Shown here: positions 23,037 to 32,471 of the stretch, piece after piece
How the letters are laid out: each line of letters begins with the position of its first letter
Position numbering within the stretch: position 1 is the first letter of the stretch
Source of the DNA: Neophaeotheca triangularis
Lineage: Eukaryota
Reading direction: 5' to 3'
Assembly: GCA_054600435.1 (NCBI GenBank)
Contig: BAAIJX010000025.1
Location: 310,001 to 342,471 of the forward strand
DNA length: 32,471 nt
Position numbers and translations under genes: made by a program
Notes under the pieces: model-generated
What the model was told of the DNA's origin: nothing
Databases searched by the model: none
Seen by the model: the letters and a program-made list of their open reading frames with translations, nothing else

Positions 23037-23843
23037 GGTGGGCGGTGGATTTCAATGTCGGGTTGGGGAAAGCAAAGATTCGAGCAGTGTTGGGTTTACT
23101 GTCTCGATTTTGGGGAGTGTTGGTGGGTGTATGGACGTTGTTTCATTAAAGTTGTCAATCAGCTCTGTTTGGATGTTTGGGAGACGTGGATGTACGCGTT
23201 CAAAGTTGGCCGAGGTTGCTCCGGCGCAAGGTTATTTATGAGGTACAGCTTCAACGAAAATCCAAAGTATCTTGACACTTCGAGCAACTTAACGGATCCT
23301 GGCAAGGGTTTGCGGCACACTGCTCGCTACCTAGGCATCTACTAGCAATGTTTCAGTGTCGTCCATTGCGATGCGCGACGTGCCGACTGCCAATCCCTAG
23401 CGCCCTTCTGGTCAAGAGGCAGTACGTCTTTGGGTTGAGCTATACCTCCTACCATCCTCAAGATCGCCTTGACAACCTTGGAAAGCTTTCCTAGAGCATT
23501 TCCGAGCCCTCTCAAGCAGTATGCACTCGCCATTCTTTCATGCTAACTCTGTCGTCCCTATCAACATCCATTGCCAATCCACGTACGGCGCTGTGAGCAC
23601 TCCAAGACCTCGCTGTGCTGTAGATTCCGTGGTCAGTATTGAGGGCGAAATGCGCACAGGAGAATTGCATTTACTTTTTCATGCTCGAGCTAGATGAATG
23701 CTCTCCCGGGATGACTCGCGAGCGACTTTGCGGGAGAAACGCTCCAGGTCCTGGGTACGACGCCAACGTTGTCTAACGCCGATGCGATCCCAAAGGCATC
23801 CTCCAGTATCTCGATTGAAACAAGCCTCTTCTCAACCACCCGC

Positions 23844-24125
23844 TTAATATCTGCCGGAGTCGCGCGAGGTCCGTCCATGCTCCAGTCCATCGAATCGCTC
23901 GAAACCCTCTCTTTGACCCCTGCTTGCGGACATCCAACTAACATTCCGCAGACGGCTCTCTCTCATGTAATCGGCCTGTTCTGGTGTCACAGCTGGCGAA
24001 GTCGTCTCCTCGGCTGGAAAGAAGAGTCGCGCGACGGCCCAGCATACCAGGATTCCGGCTGCGGCCGCACAGATGATGACCGCGATGGCTGCGGCGTGGT
24101 GTTCTTGGGTGAAGAGGTCGCTCAT
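23844..24125 (-). CDS. Small single-pass membrane protein of unknown function, 93 aa
   Basis: ATG 24125 (aagATGa): short N-terminus, one TM helix (AAAIAVIICAAAAGILVCWAVARLFF), then an ordered-looking EQADYMRESRLRN segment. Confidence 0.6.
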   Translation of the reverse strand: MSDLFTQEHHAAAIAVIICAAAAGILVCWAVARLFFPAEETTSPAVTPEQADYMRESRLRNVSWMSASRGQREGFERFDGLEHGRTSRDSGRY

Positions 24126-24489
24126 CTTGATGCAACGGGACCGACGCAACCCGCAGAAACCTTGCTTGTTCGCTTGAGTCGGAAATTACCGCCTTCGCAG
24201 CCGTGAAACGGCAGTGTCTTTTTCGCAGGTAGCTCTTGAGTGTGGGTTTGGCTTGGTAGGAGCTCCGCAAGGAGCGATGTCCGCGCAGGTTGATTCGTAT
24301 CGCACGGTCGAGAACGAGTGGTTTAGAGGAGCGATGTGACGGGGTCTCGATACCTAACACGTTCCTCGATTGGGGAATGAAACCTTGCCGGCAACCCAAA
24401 GATTACATGCCTGCCTAACGCGTGCTTACCGTGCCAGGGACTCCTTCCATGTGGTCATATATTTGACCAGGGTCATGAGACATAAGTAA

Positions 24490-25588
24490 GTAGCCATGCT
24501 TGAGCTCCTTCTTGACTCGACAAACTTGCATTGCGCCATTTGTGTCTTGGAAGGAAGGCAATCCATGACAGAATCCGACAAAACTCGATCGGTACTGGTG
24601 CGGCAATGTCCGTCGATAACGGGACGCTGAAAGACTTGTTGGCTACCTTGGACGCACTCGAGGGCACATCGGTTGATTCCGATGACCGTCGTATGGACGT
24701 CGTCCAGGATAGCTCCCAGTCAACCACCATTCCGAGCTCACTTCCGGCCGTCTTCGACTCGCTAGAGCAAGCGCAAGGCGTGCTGTACGATCTCATCGGC
24801 AGCTCCCACCGGCTACGGGTGACGTTCGTGCAAGCAGCTCGACAAACCCTTGCCCACACGCACTACGCTAATGCCGAGCAGGCTGTCCAGCTTTGTGCCT
24901 GTTACAGCTTGAGCAGACGCATGAACCTCAACAGCGAATTTTGGCGCCGCAAGGGCCAACTACTCGAGGGACTCGCCGGGTGGTCTGCACCCCTAGACTC
25001 CATAGCATGGACGCTTCCCGCAGAGCACTACCCTTGGCTGCTCTCGATGCAAATCCAGCCCTTTTTCTCCGAGACCAGCGTCAAATGTTTTCACATCACG
25101 AGAGAACGAAATGACGACCAGCTCGAGACCTTATTCTGCTCCGTCCTGGACAAGATCGGAAAATACCTCTTCAGCCGGATCAATCGCCTCCTGGAGCTGC
25201 AGCGTGGAAGAGACCGCAACACACAGCCTACCACATTCAAACCTGGCGGAGGTTCTCCCTAGGCTATGAAGTCCTCCCGACCCTCTGTCTAATCAACCAA
25301 CAAGCCCGCGCAAGCCGCGTCAGAAGCAGAGCCCTCCTCCTGCTACAGACCTCACAACGACGGGAGGGTTTGCATGGCAGCGAAGGCGTCGCTAGAATGG
25401 CGGGGAAGGTTGTGGAGCTTGAGGAAAAGAAAGCGAGAGCTCTGCTAGGAGAGGAGCACGCTTTCCGGGATCTTGAAGCTAAAGAGCTTCCCGAACAGGC
25501 GAGGGGTGTGGATGTTGTGAGGCAGTTTTTATCCTACTGGGAGCGTGGGCATGTGGTTTACGCGCTTTCGCTACGAGGGGGGTGGTGA
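24490..25588 (+). pseudogene. Frameshifted remnant of a fungal Zn(II)2Cys6-type transcription factor C-terminal region (no Zn cluster seen)
   Basis: Motif pieces fall in three frames: MLELLL (24496); ALRHLCLGRKAI..FDSLEQAQGVL (frame of 24531); FSLGYEVLPTL..RSRALLLLQTSQRREGLHGSEGVARMAGKVVELEE (frame of 25370). The last resembles the FSL..G...PL..R..A..LL...RREG.WDS..A....VV.LEE pattern of this class. Confidence 0.6.
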
Positions 25589-26266
25589 GCTTGAGTTGCT
25601 CGAGGGTAAGTAGTTGTTGCAAGTTGCCTGGCATGTATGCGCTGCTGCTTCCCGTTTGGACGCCTCGACTCGATGTCGATTGTGTTTTATCAGCCTCATT
25701 CGGCGCAGTCTGAACCTGAGTCAAATAGGTCATGCAGCATTTCCATGGGATCGACTTTTGCTGCTCGTCAGTCTGTGTCGAGGACGGTCCGTTGCATGGG
25801 GCCAAGGTGAGAATAACCAACGTCACGGAGGATAATAATTCTTGGCTAGTGTTTTCCACTCTCGCTTCCGAGTCTAGATGATGATAACGTGGGCTCTACT
25901 GAGTCGTTCTATCAATGACTTTCCAAAGGCCATTATCAATGTGTCATCGACGCCGACGGCTGTGGCGAGAAGGCGTGAAGTGGTCATTGACCGGGTTGGA
26001 CATTGTGACTGCCTCCGGTCGAGAACATGCATCATCAAGTTTGTTTCAACCTCACCTTCACGTTCAGATTCAATTTGCTTCGGGCGTCGATCATTGTAAG
26101 TTACTCTCGACAGGTCGCCTTTCTCCGAGCTGTGTACAACAACACAGCACTGAGTCGGTTCTACCATCTTTTTATACAGCAAGCATTGTTGTTGTCTAGT
26201 ACATAAAACACGGTATTAATCCATGATCAAGGTACCTAGGTATTGGGTAACCGATGCAGCGGATTT

Positions 26267-26288
26267 CGTCGTCGTCGTCGTCGTCGTG
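26267..26288 (+). repeat. (TCG)n microsatellite
   Basis: tcgtcgtcgtcgtcgtcgtcgt is directly visible. Confidence 0.85.
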
Positions 26289-27346
26289 CTAGATCCCCAA
26301 CCCTGAGCCTGATACCAAGTACCTACAGTAGACACAGTATATTGTTAGTAGGCCAAGGTAGAGTCTAGACCACGCACGATCACAGCACTTGCAGCGCCTC
26401 ATGCCGGCGGCTGGCAGAGCCGCTCGAGGACCGGTGAAGCGCTGCCGCAAGTAGGTGGGAGGTAGTGGGTACACGCTGTCACGCATGGCCGGGAGCCTCG
26501 ATCCGTAGACATGAAGATATCAAGGTCGAATCGCGAGACATGCGCATCGGTCGATCGCCATATATAAGTCCGACGGAAAGATTGGGTTCCAAGGATGGAA
26601 CAGGAACGACGGGACTCTAAGGTAGTAGACTAAATAAGAGTGTCTCCGCCAGAGGCAACGGGTCACGGGTGCGGGAGTCGGGACTGGCCTGCCCTGCCTG
26701 CCCACGCCCCTAAGAGATCGGGCCAGGCCGAAGATACTGACTAGTACTAATAAGATAGTGCTGATGCGTGTAAGGTAGCGAGGGTAGTCGAGTCTTGTCG
26801 TCGACGACTCGACCATACACGAGACCGCCACTAACGTTATTATTATTACCCTAAGTACTGCTGCAATGCTACTGCTACCTACCTAGTTATAACATGCCTA
26901 GGCGGTAGGACCCTACTATTGCCAACTTCTCGTCTTTTTCCATCCCTCCCTTTGCTGCACCAATATCACTCGACAATAATAATATTCTTCCACCTTTCAC
27001 CAGCAGTACTCACCAACGGACGGCTTAATTCCGAACGCTACAAACAGTGGACAGGGCTCGCTCCTTCACATCACTGGACCCTTCCTTGTTACCGCCACAT
27101 TCGCCACTAGCCACGCTTCTTCCGCACCATCGGATCCGATAACTTTACTGCCCGTGTCCAGTCCCTTCCCCGTGGACGTCATCACCCAAACGCACCTGCA
27201 GGCAATCTTCACGAACAAACACACTGCTACTTGTACCTTTGCCATCGTCAGTACTCACCAGCCGAGCCTACAGCTACACCGATTTCAATCTGGCTCGTCG
27301 ATCGGATGGACTTGAAAAGCGAGACTACCTCAACGACGAGCAATAT

Positions 27347-29213
27347 ATGAGTTTGCTGGAAGCCGAGGCAGCAAACGGACCCGGGTCTCCTTTCGACGCC
27401 GGCGAGGGGCACTTTCACCCCCTGGCCACCGCCACAGAAGACTTAATGAACAGCAATGGGCAATCCTCTGAGAAGAGTAGCCCCGTTGCTTTGGCGGCGC
27501 ACGAAGATGCCAGGGCCCTCGTGCGCCTGATACAATGTCCGCAATGCTCCAAGCCTTACCGAACACCAGTCGCCTTACCTTGTGGCAACGCCATATGTCG
27601 AGACTGCCTACCGCAAGCGATGGAGAGGGAGAACATTTCATACCCAGACGTTCCCGGGCGACGGCAAGCATTTCCCTGTCCCATTCTCGATTGCGGCAAG
27701 GATCACCCGAGCAACGACTGCAGCATTGATGTCTCCCTTACGAAGGTGATGGAGTCGATCGCCGAGGTCGTGGCGCGGCACATTTCGATGGCAGGGGAGA
27801 CCACAACGTTGATGGAAGAGGTCGTTCGTTGGGATGAGGTCGTCAGCTCGCAGCCGACATCAGAAAAGAGTCGATCACACACTTTACCCGGCGCCAGGCT
27901 GGTGTCTACCTACCTGCTCGCAGCACAAGGCGGTTTGCCGTTTAGCTCGGATTTGGTATATGCAGACGGCAACGCAGACGAAGAAGCACGTGTCATGCTA
28001 GACAAGGCCGTTTTGCGGGAACTGTTGGATTCGACACACAAGGAGCTGGATTGTCAAGTCTGTTACAATCTGATGCTAGATCCGACGACAACATTCTGCG
28101 GACACACATTGTGCAGGAAGTGTCTGGCGAGAGTACTGGACCATTCGCAGCATTGTCCGGTCTGCCGGAGAGGACTTGCGATCCCGCCATCTTTGCTTGC
28201 ACAACCGAGCAACCACGCGCTCAACAACTTATTAAACGGCCTATGCCCGGACACTGTTGCCACGAGGGCGGAAGCAGTCGCCGCAGAGGAGCAAGGTGCA
28301 GAAGGTGGACTGGATACGCCACTGTTCGTTTGCACGCTAGGATTTCCCGGAATGCCGACATTTCTTCGCATCTTTGAGCCGCGATACCGTCTGATGTTAC
28401 GGAGATGTCTGGAAGGGAACAAAGAATTTGGCATGTTGATGTATAACCGATACGGGGAGCCTCAGGGCGATCTTGGTACCGTGCATTTTTACCATTATGG
28501 CACCATGCTGCGAATCGTCAACGCGCAAGTGATGCCGGACGGAACAAGCCTGATAGAAACTCGAGGCACGTCGAGGTTTAGAGTGCGAGCTCACGGGACG
28601 CTTGACGGATACTCTGTCGGGAACGTCGAGCTTACAGAGGACGTGCCCTTGACTGAGGAGGAACGCATGGAAGCACTTGAGACGTGTCTTCCACCCGCCG
28701 CAGAGAACGACATCATGGGACAGATCAACCGCATGCCGACACGAACGCTACTGGCGCTTGGCCACGAATTCGTAGCACGGATGCAAGGCCGCAGTGCGAA
28801 CTGGCTGCAGCAAAGGGTCCTCGACATTCACGGCCAACCCCCGGACGATGCCGCGCTGTTCCCTTACTGGTTTGCCAGCGTGTTGCCCATCAACGACGAG
28901 GAGAAATACAAGCTCCTCGGCACAAGCACAGTGCGCGAACGGCTCAAGATCACGGCCATGTGGATCCGTCGGATCGAGTCGCAAAGATGGTAAGTTCACT
29001 TCCCACTTCCCATCGCCTCCCTCAATGAAGCGCCAGCAGCTCAAGGCTCGCACAGGCAGAATACTAGTCCCAGCCTTGCTGACTGGCAGCTTGCCAGGGT
29101 TGCTGCCGGTTTCGGCGAGGAGGCGTCTGAATCCGAAGCAGAAGAATGAGGAAGACTGACAAAATCTCTCTCGCACTTCCAGGTACCAGAGCAACGCATG
29201 TACAGTCTTATGA
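27347..29213 (+). CDS. LON peptidase N-terminal domain and RING finger protein (LONRF / CrgA-like E3 ligase); 2 exons (27347-28989, 29183-29213)
   Basis: Degenerate RING1 (CPQC..LPCGNAICRDC..CPILDC), RING2 (CQVC..FCGHTLCRKC..CPVC) and a LON substrate-binding domain (LFVCTLGFPGMPTFLRIFEPRYRLMLRR). Intron 28990-29182 (GTAAGT..ACTGAC..CAG) adds YQSNACTVL*. The first in-frame ATG is 27347; 27446 is an alternative. Confidence 0.9.
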
Positions 29214-30589
29214 CTCGCCTTGCACTACCTCGCGCCAGCGGCGTTCCTGTTACTAGCGCTTTTCGGCCATGGGCTGCAGTCTGCTCGGGAGTGAGATCGG
29301 AGCCGAGCCTTTTATCGCTTGGAGACGTTTGTCATTGTCGTTGTTGCAATCTATAAAGATGAAGCAACCTCCTTTTTGTTCTTTGACACGAATCATGGCG
29401 CCGGTGTTTGTTGTATGGAATAGAGACGACTGATTCTGACTTTGAGAGAGAGGTCCGTAGCCCCCGGGTCATGGGCTTTTACGATTTCTTCGGGGCAGAA
29501 AACAAGGAAAAATGGGGGGATCACGCCCTTTGTTGGCAAGGAGAAGGGGTGCGGTTGTTCTTACGATATCCTGGAGTTTGCGGTCAAAGGTCTCGTTTTT
29601 GGGAGGGCTACTGGCGCTGGACGGCACGATGCCTCCAGCTGGACGAGAAATTTGCGTGTTGATAGTGTTGATACCTTGGATTTATTAGACTGTTTGCTGA
29701 TGTGAAAGATGGCATATCGGATGACTTGATCTAGGGAATCGGTCGATTTACCCATTTTGTTTGCTCGGTCGTGTCAGTGTGCTGAGGATGTGGTGTCTAC
29801 ACCACTGGACTCACCGACGCAGTAGAGCCTACAATCTTCTATTATCTCGTTCTAGCCAACTTGGCTCTACAGCCTTGGAGCGAGCATTCGGCGACACACA
29901 GCTAACTTATCTGCATCTGTATCGTGGCCAACGGGCTACTGCACCACCAGCACATGGCTTCCCCAAGACCCATCTCCAGCACGCCAACACCGCAGTCACA
30001 TTCCCTACCGACTCGCACACACACACACAACGACCCGCATCTGTCACGTCTTTGCAGGCTTGGAAGAAAACGATAAGATAGGCATGAAAAGAGTCGTCCA
30101 CCGCATTGTCCCAAAGCAGCCACTCGGTATGCTCGTGTAGGCGCCCGGCTTTAACGCCCAATCGTCTGCAAGCCCGAAGCGACGCACTACTTGGTCCAAT
30201 GTCGCTCCACCACCATTCAATACGCGCTCTACACTGTGCTCTATTCTCTTGGACGCTCTTGTCGTGCAGCATCCCATCTCGCTCGTCTTGTCGTTTTTCG
30301 ACCACGACGACGACGGCGGCCGACTACTAGTTGCACAGCGCCCTTCGCCCCTAGGTTGTAGCTTTTCTGACTTTCTTTTCCGTCGTCTCTACTTGTCAAT
30401 ACGTACAGTACCTTTGTAGCTCCACCACCGCGAATATCATCATCCTTCTGGAAACACTATGCTACGTTGACATTGGCTCGACGATCTACACAAGAGCCTG
30501 GATATTTGCCTGGAGATTTGGTCTACTTACACCGCATCGGCGCCGCTCTCTTGCTTTGTTAGTGCCAGCGCGACCCGGGCTCTCTCACC

Positions 30590-32324
30590 ATGTCTCTAAA
30601 GCAGGAGATAGAGACTTGGGTGGCTGCCCTCGCCGCCTACGACAATAACGAATTTGACAACGCTCTCAAATGCTTCGACACCATCTCCGATACCTCCAAG
30701 ATCCTCTTCAACACTGGCGTCATCCATGCGACTCTCGGCGAGCATGCCAAAGCCGTCGACTGCTACCAGCGCGCAGTCCAGCTTGATCAATATCTAGCAG
30801 TGGCATACTTCCAGCAAGGCGTCAGCAATTTCTTGATGGGCGATTTCGAAGAAGCCCTGGCCAATTTCAACGATACCCTGTTGTACCTGCGTGGCAACAA
30901 CAACATCGACTACGAACAGCTCGGGCTAAAGTTCAAGCTCTTCTCGTGCGAAGTGCTGTTCAACAGGGGCCTTTGCTACATCTACTTGCAACAGAAGGAT
31001 GCGGGGATTCAAGACTTGATGTTTGCGGCCAAGGAGAAGATGGTGCCCGATCATGACGTGATTGACGAGGCAATACGGGAGCAGGCTGAGGGCTACACCG
31101 TCTTCTCCATACCCGTCGGTGTAGTGTATCGTCCAAACGAGGCAAAGGTCAAGAATCTTCAGACCAAGGACTACTTGGGGAAAGCGAGGCTAGTGGCGGC
31201 ACAGGACCAGCAGCGAACGAATCCAAGACGACAGGCCGCCCTTGCAGCACAAGCAGTGGACGACCGGCCCAACGAGAAGCTCTCGTATGCGGCGCTGAAC
31301 CTTGTGAGACCCGGCTTGACGAGCAGATCAAGACAACAATCAGAACCGCCCATGCAGCGAAACGTCTTCCCACCGACTCCTCCCCCAGAGCCCGAAGGCC
31401 TCGACTCCAAACAAGCAAAACGAAGGTCAACCGACAGTGCTCGATCCGCCTCGAGCGGCTTCAAGGACTCCAGACCAGCAGCAAAACCATTGACATTGAA
31501 TCTCGGCGCAGCAGCCTTCGACCAGACACGCAAACCAGAAAAACCACGACTCGGGACCCAACGATCCGCATCAGAGCGACCACCGGTGCGCACCGAGCTC
31601 CAACGAGATCTGTCCAAATCCAGCTCAAACAGTCGCCGAAAGCTCGAACACGCCGAACGCCGCAGTTTCCGAGAGCTTCCCTCGGTGCGAGTCGAAGACG
31701 ACCCGATCGAGGCCTACAGCGCGCAAGTCTCGTCGCCACCACGCATTACAAACCGCCCACCAATAGCCCATCGCCGCTCCAAATCCAGCGCCCACTCCCT
31801 GCAACACCCGACCCTCCACGAAGAAGACGAGACCGACCACAACTCGTCGTCGTCGTATGACTCTCGCTACGACTCCCCGCTGGCTTTCGAGATTATCCCC
31901 CCGCGGCCCAAAACCTCCGCCAATGACAATGGCAACACCAACAACAACACCACCACCACCACCAACATCAACAACAGCAAAAACAACCCCCACCTCCACC
32001 CGCGCCCCCGCTCCCGCGCCCGCCATCCCCACCCATCACCACCACCCCCTCAACTCCGCACCCTCCGCATCAAAGTCCACGCCCCCGACGACAACCGCTA
32101 CGTAATGACGCACCCGGACGTGCGCTACGAAGCGCTCGCGCAACAGATACGGGCGAAATTCGGGTTCCGGGGCGGCGGTCTCAAGCTCAAGATTCGCGAT
32201 GAAGAGGGCGACATGGTGACGTTGAGCGACCAGGAGGATTTGGACATGGCGGTTGGGGTTTGTGCTGTTGGGGCTGCCGGGGAGGGGGGTCGGATGGGGA
32301 AGATGGAGGTTTGGGTGCAGGAGG

Positions 32325-32361
<37 letters not shown>

Positions 32362-32398
32362 TTTTTTTTTTTGTGGGGGGGGGGGGGGGTTTGTTTAA
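30590..32398 (+). CDS. noxR: NADPH oxidase regulator NoxR (p67phox-like: TPR + activation domain + PB1); 3' end unreliable
   Basis: N-terminal MSLKQEIETWV with TPR repeats (KILFNTGVIHATLGEH, YLAVAYFQQGVSNFL), activation segment GYTVFSIPVGVVYRP and C-terminal PB1 (LRIKVH..KIRDEEGDMVTLSDQEDLDMAV..MEVWVQE). After 32326 the frame runs through homopolymers. Confidence 0.93.
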
Positions 32399-32471
32399 AA
32401 AATTGGTTAGGGAGGTATTTTTTTTTTTTTTTTGTTTTTTTGGGTGTTTTGGTTGGTGGGTTTTTATAAAT
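32327..32471. repeat. Poly-G / poly-T homopolymer tract at the window end (low complexity or sequencing artefact)
   Basis: About 33 G (32327-32359), then T runs, a second G run and further T runs. Confidence 0.85.

Noticed and set aside
25878..25950. Possible C/D snoRNA (ATGATGA..CTGA..ATGACT)
   Set aside because: There is no terminal D box at the expected distance and I cannot match a guide sequence.
25479..26182. Minus-strand ORFs of 126 and 102 aa
   Set aside because: They have non-ATG or weak starts, lie in different frames and show no recognisable motif; possibly decayed sequence but unsupported.
23300..26200. RIP-mutated transposon relic
   Set aside because: No AT-rich or TpA-enriched block, terminal repeats or transposase/RT motifs are visible.

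Overview
This is eukaryotic, gene-dense DNA from a filamentous ascomycete (probably a Dothideomycete; that is inference from intron style and protein families). Introns are short GT-AG with CTRAC branch points, so several real genes are split across, or missing from, the ORF track. From left to right I reconstruct: a secreted GH92 alpha-1,2-mannosidase (-), UTP17/NAN1 (-) head-to-head with a 4-exon RPB10 (+), a rhodanese+PTP tyrosine phosphatase (+), a 3-exon TOM6 with an unusually long intron (+), a signal-peptide/TM/RING-H2 E3 (+), a Gfo/Idh/MocA dehydrogenase (+), a disordered protein with a C-terminal CxxC-H-H motif (+), an Aro4-type DAHP synthase with a TGACTCA site upstream (+), a 4-exon GOT1 (-), a small single-TM protein (-), a frameshifted fungal transcription-factor remnant (+), a two-RING/LON-domain (LONRF/CrgA-like) protein (+) and NoxR (+) running into G/T homopolymers at the window end. 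I found no tRNA, rRNA, CRISPR array or transposon, and the genes do not form an obvious functional cluster. The best leads are a CaaX box hidden in a tiny terminal exon of the LONRF gene and removable by intron retention, about ten C/A-rich to G/T-rich strand-skew flips that reshape introns and proteins, oriented GGTA/TACC arrays with TACCTAGGTA palindromes ahead of regulatory genes, and uORFs ahead of four regulatory genes. All gene models were built by eye and need RNA-seq or homology confirmation.
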